Shown here in pieces: positions 19,506 through 27,652 of a stretch of 64,000 nucleotides of DNA. The position numbers were made by a program, and so were the translations under genes. The stretch's first letter is position 1; every line of letters begins with the position of its first letter. The DNA is from Candidatus Moraniibacteriota bacterium (lineage in GTDB: Bacteria > Patescibacteriota > Minisyncoccia > Moranbacterales > GWC2-37-73). Where the stretch lies: positions 105,908-169,907 of the forward strand of contig DAOOTD010000002.1 in the NCBI GenBank assembly GCA_035390125.1. Direction: 5' to 3'. The notes under the pieces were generated by a model, which saw nothing but the letters and a program-made list of their open reading frames with translations, did not search any database and had not been told where the DNA came from.

Positions 19506-20567
19506 TTGCGTAATTATTCAGCCTTTGCAGTGGTGGTATCAAGTTCACTTCTTGTTTCAGCAACAAATGTTGCCTCAGGCAATAATTATGGCAAACTTCT
19601 TTTTGGTTATTGGGATGCATCAGCTGAGACCATTCCAGCGGTGAATGGCAGTAAAATAAGCGGACAGGTAAATAAAAAAAATGATTTAGCTCTTGTTCCC
19701 CTTTCCAAATCAAACACATCCATTGAACCAGAAAAAAAAGAAGATGATTCAAACAGGAGCATTATAAAGGATGACGGAATAATGCTGGTTTCTGGCGGAG
19801 CCAATCCGATGAAAGATCCTGAAGAAGAGGGCGGGGTTAAAATGTATATTGTACAATCCGGTGACACTCTCGGTTCAATCGCTGAAAAAAATGGAGTTTC
19901 GGTTAATACTATTTTGTGGGCAAATGACATCAGTAATGCCGACTCCATAATGCCAGGAGATACTATGTTCATTCTGCCTGTTTCAGGAGTAAAATATGTC
20001 ATAAAATCGGGAGACAATCTTGATGCTATCGCTAATAAATTTAAAGCAGAAAAAGATAAAATAATAGCCTTTAATGATTTGCCAGCGAATGGAGAAATAA
20101 AAGTGGGAGAAGAAATAATTATTCCTGATGGCCAGGGAGAAGCTCCTAAGCCAGCTGTTCCAAGCAGCAGCCAATCCTTAATCAATAAGAGGCAATATGC
20201 GAATACTGCAGGAGGAGTTCCCCAGATTACGGGCAGAATTCTTTCAGGGAAAGCCGGCACTGGTCATAGATTTCCATATGGATATTGCACTTGGTTTGTC
20301 GCCCAGAAACGTTATGTTCCCTGGGGTGGCAACGCTGGAACATGGCTGTACCATGCAAAAGCTGCCGGGTATGCAACCGGAAAAACTCCACGACCAGGAG
20401 CTATCGTAGTGACTACCGAGAACAGATATTATGGTCATGTGGCTTATGTTGAAAAAGTCAGCGGAAACAGTTTTACTGTTTCTGAAATGAATTATGTCGG
20501 TTATGCAAAAACAAGTCGCAGAACAATCTCAACTTCAAGCAGAGTTATTAAAGGTTTCATTTATTAA
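19506..20567 (+). CDS. Secreted peptidoglycan hydrolase with two LysM domains and a C-terminal CHAP amidase/peptidase domain
   Basis: Signal peptide; LysM repeats (YIVQSGDTLGSIAEKNGVS…, YVIKSGDNLDAIANKF…); CHAP Cys (GYCTWFVAQKR) and His (GHVAYVEKV). The ORF-track start is a TTG at 19506; the true start is uncertain. Confidence 0.75.
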   Translation: MRNYSAFAVVVSSSLLVSATNVASGNNYGKLLFGYWDASAETIPAVNGSKISGQVNKKNDLALVPLSKSNTSIEPEKKEDDSNRSIIKDDGIMLVSGGANPMKDPEEEGGVKMYIVQSGDTLGSIAEKNGVSVNTILWANDISNADSIMPGDTMFILPVSGVKYVIKSGDNLDAIANKFKAEKDKIIAFNDLPANGEIKVGEEIIIPDGQGEAPKPAVPSSSQSLINKRQYANTAGGVPQITGRILSGKAGTGHRFPYGYCTWFVAQKRYVPWGGNAGTWLYHAKAAGYATGKTPRPGAIVVTTENRYYGHVAYVEKVSGNSFTVSEMNYVGYAKTSRRTISTSSRVIKGFIY

Positions 20568-20642
20568 AATTGGCTGGTTAAAACAGGTTGAAAAAGTTAA
20601 ATTTTATATATAAATATAAAATATTTTCGTGAAAATAAATAA

Positions 20643-20678
20643 AGCCCCGTTTTTGTTAAAAGGGGCTTTTTATTTTTT
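20643..20678 (+). terminator. Rho-independent terminator
   Basis: AGCCCC-gtttttgttaaaa-GGGGCT stem-loop followed by TTTTTATTTTTT. Confidence 0.6.
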
Positions 20679-20689
20679 GATTAAAGTTA

Positions 20690-20719
20690 TTGCCTGACAT
20701 TACGAAAGTATGCTATAAT
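20690..20719 (+). promoter_or_regulatory. Candidate promoter: TTGCCT -35, 18 nt, extended TGcTATAAT -10
   Basis: Perfect TATAAT at 20714-20719 with TG two bases upstream, 31 nt before the VirB6-like ORF start. Confidence 0.35.
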
Positions 20720-20749
20720 TTTCACATATAGAATTAGATTGGAATCCTA

Positions 20750-22711
20750 ATGAATCTGATCTCGAAAAACAAAAAATTTTTCTGCAAAATCAAATTATTT
20801 TTTGGAATTTCCAGGGTTAAACTGGCAAGTCTTTTGCGGGACAAAAAATTCCAAACTTTTGTGGTCGCCGGATGCATTTTTCTTTGCGTCTTTTTTTTGG
20901 CGGTTCATGGGGTCTTTGCCGCTGACGCTGTTCCTGAAAAACCCGAAGAACCGGGTTTATTAAGTAAATTTTTTGGGGGAATACTTGATGGGGCAAGTGC
21001 AGTTTTTGTCACTGCCATATCCTTTATCTTGAGTGCAATTCAAGGCGTTATGAGTTTTCTAATCGGCGTGGCAGCTTCTCTTTTTTCAGCAGTTATTAAT
21101 CCTGATTTAATTTCCGGAGATAAAGGTTTATTGAACAATAATCCAGTTGTTAAGGATATCTGGATTATGGTGCGGGATACTTTCAATATGTTTTTTATTC
21201 TAGTCCTTCTTTTTTCCGCCTTCTGCACTATTTTCCAGATCGAAAAATGGAACCTTAAAAAAGTCTGGCTCAACATTCTCATCAATGCCCTGCTGGTTAA
21301 TTTCAGTTTTCCAATTGCATGCTTTTTTATTGATGTTGCGAATGTAGCTATGTATTATTTTGTTAATTCTATGTTTGGTGACAATACTGGCGCAGTTACA
21401 GGAAACGCAATTTTTGCCCAGTTGGGGGATGAATCAAGACTTTCGGCATTGTGGGGCCATGATGCTGATGGAACTACGATGCTAATGTATCAGGTTATGA
21501 ATATCATAATGTCTTTTATTTTGGGAATAACACTCTTGGTTTGTGCAGTTCTTTTTGCTATAAGGCTTATAGCCCTGGTAATCCTGGTTATGTTTTCGCC
21601 GATAGGTTTTGTCGGTTACATTTTTCCCGCAACCAGTAAATTTGCAGACGACTGGTGGAAAAATCTTTTCAGCTATTCTTTTTTTGGTCCGATAATGATT
21701 TTTGTCATAGGAGTTGCTGTCAAAATAAACCAATCAATAGGTGAAAATATATTTAAACAGTCGGCCGCTGACAATGCTGCATCGGTTCCTGGCGCAAGCG
21801 AATGGATTGCCAGTGCTTCCATGTTTGCTATTCCCATAATCATTTTGTGGATGGGCATGGGAGTAGCAAAATCATTGGGAATCGCAGGGGCGGATACAGT
21901 GGTTGGGGCAGGACAGAAATTTGCAAAATTTGCCGGTACAGCTACAGCCATGGCAGCTGGCGGAAATTGGGCTGCAAAGAATTGGAAGATGTATAAAGAA
22001 AAGCGTGATGAACGCCAAAAAGAGATTGACAAGAAACGTTTTGGGGGAAGCTTCGCCAAAGGACTCAATAAATGGGAAGATACTGGAATTGGTTTTGCAG
22101 GTGAAAAAATATCAAAAGGTATTGGAAAAGCTACTGGTGGCAAATGGACACCTAAGTTTGGAGAAAATGCTAAGGCAAGAGTCAAAGGATATCAGAACAC
22201 GGAATTTGATGAATTAGCTAAAAAACAGGCTGAGAGAATTAAGAATTCTGAAGACACTGGACATACTGCACAACAAATGAATGATTTTATTAAAAATAAT
22301 AATCAAATAACAGACGAATCAAAAGATTCAGAGGTAAATGATTTCGTTGGCAGATACAAACAAATGAGAGAAGATCCAGGAGCAAAAGCTGCTTTTGAAT
22401 ATAACATTAGAAACAATGCGGACAATATAAGGCAGTCAATTGAACAAGGAAAAATAGAGGCACAAAAATTAGTTGATAATGGTACTTTTGAAGAGGGATC
22501 TAATGAACATAAGGCCGCAATGAATTCTTTCCAAAAATCTCACATGGAGTCAATTGTAAAAAATCACTGGGCTCATTTAGCTCAAGAAAATAAGAACGCC
22601 CAGAAAAGGAAGAAAGGCGAAAAAATTAAGGATGATGAGCATAAGGCACCTCCTCCACCTCCTCTACCTCCTCCACCAAAACCTGCAAAACAGAGAGCTG
22701 GTTTTGTTTAA
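20750..22711 (+). CDS. VirB6/TrbL-like polytopic membrane protein with proline-rich C-terminal tail
   Basis: 653 aa; signal/anchor then about 7 hydrophobic helices over the first 370 aa, then a long hydrophilic K/E/Q-rich C-terminal domain ending KAPPPPPLPPPPKPAKQRAGFV. Call based on topology and neighbourhood only. Confidence 0.4.
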   Translation: MNLISKNKKFFCKIKLFFGISRVKLASLLRDKKFQTFVVAGCIFLCVFFLAVHGVFAADAVPEKPEEPGLLSKFFGGILDGASAVFVTAISFILSAIQGVMSFLIGVAASLFSAVINPDLISGDKGLLNNNPVVKDIWIMVRDTFNMFFILVLLFSAFCTIFQIEKWNLKKVWLNILINALLVNFSFPIACFFIDVANVAMYYFVNSMFGDNTGAVTGNAIFAQLGDESRLSALWGHDADGTTMLMYQVMNIIMSFILGITLLVCAVLFAIRLIALVILVMFSPIGFVGYIFPATSKFADDWWKNLFSYSFFGPIMIFVIGVAVKINQSIGENIFKQSAADNAASVPGASEWIASASMFAIPIIILWMGMGVAKSLGIAGADTVVGAGQKFAKFAGTATAMAAGGNWAAKNWKMYKEKRDERQKEIDKKRFGGSFAKGLNKWEDTGIGFAGEKISKGIGKATGGKWTPKFGENAKARVKGYQNTEFDELAKKQAERIKNSEDTGHTAQQMNDFIKNNNQITDESKDSEVNDFVGRYKQMREDPGAKAAFEYNIRNNADNIRQSIEQGKIEAQKLVDNGTFEEGSNEHKAAMNSFQKSHMESIVKNHWAHLAQENKNAQKRKKGEKIKDDEHKAPPPPPLPPPPKPAKQRAGFV

Positions 22712-22753
22712 TATACAGATAAAAATGTCAAGAATATTTTTTAATAAATTGTT

Positions 22754-23152
22754 ATGGATATAGATGCTATAAAAGACAGACTGACGAATAAATTTTCTTT
22801 GCCGCACGTTTCTTTTGAACAGGACACGATAGAACAAAAGAAATTGCTTGCGCTGTATGTGCTTGCTTCTGATAGCCAGCTTGTGTTGTTGCCGACTTAT
22901 TTTGCTTTTTCTTATCCCGCTTTCATTGCCGGTCTTAATGAAAAACATATTGAATATATAGCCAAAAACGCTCCAGCTGATTACAAAAGAGAGCTTATGA
23001 AAGCAATCAGCCAGAGCTACGTGCTGAAAGAAGTTTTTGAAATTGCAAAATCCATGGATGAAGATTTGGGCAGAAGCAGCACAACTAATCAGGACAGAAT
23101 AAAAAATGTCATGCGGTATATCAGGGATAACAGAGTAATTTTTGAATTCTAA
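22754..23152 (+). CDS. Hypothetical protein (T4SS-cluster associated)
   Basis: 132 aa soluble ORF, ATG start, protein-like composition. The overlapping minus ORF is not protein-like. Confidence 0.4.
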   Translation: MDIDAIKDRLTNKFSLPHVSFEQDTIEQKKLLALYVLASDSQLVLLPTYFAFSYPAFIAGLNEKHIEYIAKNAPADYKRELMKAISQSYVLKEVFEIAKSMDEDLGRSSTTNQDRIKNVMRYIRDNRVIFEF

Positions 23153-23162
23153 AAAACAAAAA

Positions 23163-24500
23163 ATGACAGTCATATATACAAATCAAAACAACATCTCTCC
23201 CAAAAATAATGCCGGCCAGTATGATTTGAATGAGGAAAGGAAAATAGCGGATGAAATAACCGAAGAGATAAAAGAAGACCTTATTGAAAAATGGAGAACA
23301 ACATATGAAAATGCTGAAATTTTTCCGTATAAAATCAGTGCCATGCATTCGGATGTCCTTGATTTTCTCTTGGGATTTGATCTGATTTCCATTTATGACA
23401 ATATAGCCAGACAGGCAGGACTTGATATGAAAGGCAGAAGCATTCTTCCTCAAGTTGTGTGGAGCGTTGCGCAAAGCAAAAAATGGAGTGAGGCAGAACA
23501 GGAATTGCAGAAAAGAATATTGCTTCCCCCGAATACTAAAGCTTTGACTTTGCAGCTTCTTGAACAAAACATAATAAGCAAACTTATCATGCTTTCGGCT
23601 AAGCCTTCGGCCAAAAAAAGTCCTGCCCAGAGCGAAACAGAAAGAAGAATCCAGTTGCCGCTTTCAGAAGCATTGCAAAAATACAAGGAACTGGGAGAAC
23701 AAAACATTACTATCAATCAGCTGAAACTCAAATATTTTCCTACGCCTGTCAGGCCATCTATAAGAAACTGGATTACTGATTTCCATGACAACATGGGAAG
23801 CGGAAAGCATGGTACAGTCGATAGGGCGAATTATTTATTTCACAGCGAAAATGGGAAAAAACTCACGCCCGTAGAAAGGCAGAAACTTTCATTGATTCTT
23901 AAATCACTGGACGAAAAAACTCCTTTAATCATCGATACGGAACTGCAACGGATTATTTTCACAGAAGGCAAGGTTTTTCCAAATGAACAAACTGAAAATT
24001 TGCCAAGCCGGAGCGGACAAACAGCAGAAATAAATATGTATTCAAAAAATGAAGAGTCTAATAGCTTTGCTGCTATAGAAGATAATTATCTGCAAGTTCC
24101 GAAATATCAGCCGCCCCAAGAAAATAAAAAATATTCTCCCAACTTCAAGGACTTGACGGAGCCGAGCGTTTTGCCGGAACAAAAAATAGTAAATTCAAAT
24201 CAGGATGATTCAAGAGGTTCGGTTGTGGATGAAGGCAAGGTAAGTTTTTCTTCTCCGCAAAAGTTTTCAAATGAAAAAGAAAATGAAAAACCAATAAGGC
24301 CTGCTAGTACGATTAGCCAGCAAAAAACATTTATGACCCCAACGCCACAAGCAGATAGAGAAAAAACATTTGGAAATAAAGCATCTGAAATAAAACCGTG
24401 GGTCATCAAGCCGTCTGCTTATTTTAATGAAGAAAAAACGGATGAAGAACAAACTTTACAGGCAAAAATAAGAGGAAACATTGTTGATTTAAAAGGCTGA
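23163..24500 (+). CDS. Hypothetical protein with low-complexity Q/K/E/P-rich C-terminal half
   Basis: Long ORF on the operon strand. The ORF-track start is a TTG at 23142; the ATG at 23163 is preferred. No recognisable motif. Confidence 0.4.
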   Translation: MTVIYTNQNNISPKNNAGQYDLNEERKIADEITEEIKEDLIEKWRTTYENAEIFPYKISAMHSDVLDFLLGFDLISIYDNIARQAGLDMKGRSILPQVVWSVAQSKKWSEAEQELQKRILLPPNTKALTLQLLEQNIISKLIMLSAKPSAKKSPAQSETERRIQLPLSEALQKYKELGEQNITINQLKLKYFPTPVRPSIRNWITDFHDNMGSGKHGTVDRANYLFHSENGKKLTPVERQKLSLILKSLDEKTPLIIDTELQRIIFTEGKVFPNEQTENLPSRSGQTAEINMYSKNEESNSFAAIEDNYLQVPKYQPPQENKKYSPNFKDLTEPSVLPEQKIVNSNQDDSRGSVVDEGKVSFSSPQKFSNEKENEKPIRPASTISQQKTFMTPTPQADREKTFGNKASEIKPWVIKPSAYFNEEKTDEEQTLQAKIRGNIVDLKG

Positions 24501-24505
24501 AAATT

Positions 24506-24778
24506 ATGGATATCATAAATACAGCATATGCAGGAGTTATTACAGACGCTCCTACAGTAAGAGAAATTGGAGCGAATGTTCTGTCTTTTTTATTGTCAAT
24601 AATGGGAATAATTGCTATAATATCATTAGTTGTCTCTGGAATAATGTATTTTTTTTCAGCCGGCGACTATAAAAGAATAGAGATTGCAAAAAAATCCACC
24701 AAATACTCAATACTGGGAATCGTCATTGCCTTAGGAGGAATGATAATAATCAGATTTATCGGCAGTTTTTTAAATTAA
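24506..24778 (+). CDS. VirB2/TrbC-like pilin-family protein (paralog 3)
   Basis: 90 aa; TM – FSAGDYKRIEIAKKSTKYSILG – TM; same motif as the other paralogs. Confidence 0.55.
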   Translation: MDIINTAYAGVITDAPTVREIGANVLSFLLSIMGIIAIISLVVSGIMYFFSAGDYKRIEIAKKSTKYSILGIVIALGGMIIIRFIGSFLN

Positions 24779-24851
24779 TCAGGATTCAAACGAATAAAGG
24801 AAAGTTTAAAATAAATAAAAAAATTTATAAACTAGAATGGGAGGTGTTACT

Positions 24852-25199
24852 ATGCTGAATAAAGTTAAAAAAATTTTTTATGCAATCGCCAGTTTAATCG
24901 CAATTGCTCCATCAGCAGTTTTGGCTATCAATGTGCCTGATGCAGATCTTCCGGATGCAACCCTTACAGATATAATCACTGGTTTTATGAACTGGCTTTT
25001 AGCTATCGTAGGTATTTTAGCAGTTATAGGATTCGTTATCGCTGGAATTATATATCTTACAGCTGCTGGAGATGAAGACCAGATCGCTCGTGGCAAGAAA
25101 ACCATGATTTACTCGTTGGTAGGTATTATCGTGGCTCTTATGGGAGTCATAATAATCAAAGCGGTGCAGTCAATGTTGGGCGGTGGCAGCAGTTTCTAA
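24852..25199 (+). CDS. VirB2/TrbC-like pilin-family protein (paralog 4)
   Basis: GGAGGT Shine-Dalgarno 7 nt upstream of the ATG at 24852 (ORF-track start 24837). Signal peptide …APSAVLA; TM – LTAAGDEDQIARGKKTMIYSLVG – TM. Confidence 0.6.
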   Translation: MLNKVKKIFYAIASLIAIAPSAVLAINVPDADLPDATLTDIITGFMNWLLAIVGILAVIGFVIAGIIYLTAAGDEDQIARGKKTMIYSLVGIIVALMGVIIIKAVQSMLGGGSSF

Positions 25200-25226
25200 A
25201 TTTTTTGTATGCATATAAAAGCAGAA

Positions 25227-25252
25227 GGCGATTCCTCGGAATCGTCTTTTTT
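25227..25252 (+). terminator. Rho-independent terminator
   Basis: GACGATTCC/GGAATCGTC stem (1 mismatch) followed by TTTTTT. Confidence 0.5.
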
Positions 25253-25322
25253 GCAAAGTGTACATAATTTAAGGATTATGATATAATTAAATTATAATAA
25301 TAATTTTTTATACTTTAAAAAA

Positions 25323-25685
25323 ATGAATATCAAAAAGAAAACATTGGGTACTATTATTTCAACAATTCTACTTTTTCCAATGTCTGTTCTGGCCGCAGAT
25401 GGAGAAGGATGGCAAATAGGAGATGATTATGGTCTTCCTACGGGAACCATAAGCGGAATTCTCGAGGGTCTTTTGAATTGGCTTTTGGGAATTTTTGCAG
25501 TCTTAGGAGTTATAGGCTTTATAATTTCAGGAATTATGTATTTAGTGTCCGCAGGTGATGAAGACGGAATTGCACGAGCTAAAAAAGCTATGATTTACTC
25601 GCTGATAGGAATTATTGTCGGCCTTTCCGGTATTATCCTGATAGCAGCTGTGGATAGCTTTTTAATGGGTAGCGGTACATTCTAA
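25323..25685 (+). CDS. VirB2/TrbC-like pilin-family protein (paralog 5)
   Basis: 120 aa; signal peptide …MSVLA; TM – VSAGDEDGIARAKKAMIYSLIG – TM; about 50 percent identical by eye to paralog 4. Confidence 0.6.
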   Translation: MNIKKKTLGTIISTILLFPMSVLAADGEGWQIGDDYGLPTGTISGILEGLLNWLLGIFAVLGVIGFIISGIMYLVSAGDEDGIARAKKAMIYSLIGIIVGLSGIILIAAVDSFLMGSGTF

Positions 25686-25729
25686 AATTCTTAATGACCT
25701 ATTTTTATCACCAATAATCTGCTAAAAAA

Positions 25730-26227
25730 ATGATCAAAACAAGAAAAAATATCTTTCTATTTTTTGTTGCAATATCTTTTGTAAGCTTGTTTTTTGTGAG
25801 TGTTGATATAACAAAAGCTGGGGATGCTGAATATGCTAGTTGTCTACTGGGTTGTTCTCCTACGGATACTGAGTGTACTCGTGCATGCAGAGCTCTTAGA
25901 GGAGATGGTGAAGGAGATTGCGGTGCAGGCTTTACACCTGTCGGCGGGGTTTGTTTCCCTGATGAAACAGGGTTGCCAGACTCTCAGGATATTCCGGGAA
26001 TTCTTTCCAGCGTATTAAAATGGCTATTGGGAATATTTTCAACCATTGCGCTCATCTCATTTGTGATATCCGGCGTGTTATATATTACTTCATCCGGCGA
26101 CACCGACCAGATCGAAAAGGCAAAACGCAATGCTTTGTATTCTATTTTAGGCGTTATCGTGGGTCTTTCTGGGTATATCATAATTGTGGCGATTCAGGCT
26201 GCTCTGGGAGGAAACAGTACGTTTTGA
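25730..26227 (+). CDS. VirB2/TrbC-like pilin-family protein with Cys-rich N-terminal extension (paralog 6)
   Basis: 165 aa; signal anchor, then an 8-Cys module (CLLGCSPTDTECTRACRALRGDGEGDCGAGFTPVGGVCF), then TM – TSSGDTDQIEKAKRNALYSILG – TM. Confidence 0.55.
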   Translation: MIKTRKNIFLFFVAISFVSLFFVSVDITKAGDAEYASCLLGCSPTDTECTRACRALRGDGEGDCGAGFTPVGGVCFPDETGLPDSQDIPGILSSVLKWLLGIFSTIALISFVISGVLYITSSGDTDQIEKAKRNALYSILGVIVGLSGYIIIVAIQAALGGNSTF

Positions 26228-26278
26228 TTGACATTTGCGAGGATTATTGCTAATATTAAAACGGATGGAAAGAAGTGG

Positions 26279-26303
26279 GTTCGCATGGATGCGGACTCTT
26301 TTT
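26279..26303 (+). terminator. Candidate Rho-independent terminator
   Basis: GTTCGCAT-gg-ATGCGGAC imperfect hairpin followed by TCTTTTT. Confidence 0.4.
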
Positions 26304-26339
26304 AATAAGAAATAATAATTTTAAAAATAATTTAATCTT

Positions 26340-27563
26340 ATGCCTAAGCGCAAAAAAATAACAGATGAAAACAAAAACCCAAGCGGCAGGCTGGGGGAAT
26401 TCGGAAGTGCTATAATGCAAATTGCTGAAGAAAAAGGCATACCGAAAAATGTTGTTATTGAAACCATAGAAGCGGCTTTAGCGGCTGCTTATAAAAAAGA
26501 TTACGGCAAGCGCGGACAAAGAATCAGGGCTGAATTCAATGAAGTTTCAGGAGAGGCTAAGTTTTTTTTAGTGAAGGATGTGGTTGATGAAACCTTGAGG
26601 GAATTTATCAAGCCGGGGGAAGAAAATGAGATAAATGAAGAGGAAGTCTCAGGAGAATTGGAAGATGGAGAAAGATTGATGCGCTACAATCCAGAGAGGG
26701 ATATTGTGCTTGAAGACGCAAAAAAAATAAAAAAGAACGCAAAAGTCGGAGATGTTATTGAAATAAAACTTGAAGATAAAAGCGAATATGGACGTGTTGC
26801 TGCCCAAACTGCCAAACAAGTCATCATACAAAGAATACGCGAAGCAGAAAGAGATTCGATGTTTTCTGAATATAAAGAAAAAGAAGGCGAAGTTATAAGC
26901 GGGACGGTACAGCGCATCGAAGGCAGAAATGTTTACATAGACCTCGGCAAGTCTGTGGGAGTTTTGTTTCCTTCAGAACAAGTTCATGGAGAAATATTCA
27001 GAATCGGGCAAAGAGTCAAGGTATATTTATATAAAGTAGAATCTGATCCTAAAGGACCCGGAATTACACTTAGCCGAACTCATGCAGATATGGTGAAAAA
27101 ACTTTTTGAGCTGGAAGTTCCTGAAATTTTTGCCGGTACAGTTGAAGTAAAATCAATCGCCCGTGAAGCTGGATCACGCACAAAAATAGCAGTTGCTTCA
27201 ACTGAAGAAGGAATAGATCCGATTGGTTCCTGTGTCGGTCAAAAGGGAATACGTGTGCAAGCTGTAATCGAAGAGCTGGGTGGAGAAAAAATAGATATTA
27301 TCGAATGGAGCGAAAAACCGGAAAAATTTATTGCAGCGTCAATCAGCCCGGCAAAAGTTATTTCTGTGGATATCGATGAGAATAAAAAAGAAGCCAAAGT
27401 TTTAGTTCCTGAAGACCAACTATCCTTGGCTATAGGAAAGCAGGGGCAAAACGTGCGCTTGGCTGCAAAATTAACCGGATGGAAAATAGATGTAATTGGG
27501 CAAGCCACTCAAAACAACGAAGAAGAACAGGAAAATATTGAAGAAGGACAGGTTGAAGAATAA
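26340..27563 (+). CDS. nusA: Transcription termination/antitermination factor NusA
   Basis: 407 aa; N-terminal NusA domain, S1 domain (…VISGTVQRIEGRNVYIDLG…), two KH domains (…GSCVGQKGIRVQAV…, …LAIGKQGQNVRLAAKLTGWKIDV), acidic C-terminus. Confidence 0.9.
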   Translation: MPKRKKITDENKNPSGRLGEFGSAIMQIAEEKGIPKNVVIETIEAALAAAYKKDYGKRGQRIRAEFNEVSGEAKFFLVKDVVDETLREFIKPGEENEINEEEVSGELEDGERLMRYNPERDIVLEDAKKIKKNAKVGDVIEIKLEDKSEYGRVAAQTAKQVIIQRIREAERDSMFSEYKEKEGEVISGTVQRIEGRNVYIDLGKSVGVLFPSEQVHGEIFRIGQRVKVYLYKVESDPKGPGITLSRTHADMVKKLFELEVPEIFAGTVEVKSIAREAGSRTKIAVASTEEGIDPIGSCVGQKGIRVQAVIEELGGEKIDIIEWSEKPEKFIAASISPAKVISVDIDENKKEAKVLVPEDQLSLAIGKQGQNVRLAAKLTGWKIDVIGQATQNNEEEQENIEEGQVEE

Positions 27564-27652
27564 ATTTTTTAGTTTATTAATTTTTTAAATAAATTCTATT
27601 TCTATTTTGTCTTGCATGTATCAAAAAAGACAATGGGAATAAGATAAAAATT

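Noticed and set aside
21673-22185. 170-aa antisense ORF inside the VirB6-like gene, and similar antisense ORFs inside infB, hppA, polA, pilB and the PBP gene
   Set aside because: They sit opposite long, motif-bearing genes, are Pro/Ser/Ile-rich in the way typical of antisense frames in AT-rich DNA, and have no RBS or motifs.
27564-27652. Hairpin TTGTCTT…AAGACAA after nusA as a terminator
   Set aside because: No T-run follows it, and it sits where the hppA RBS region should be; it may be incidental.
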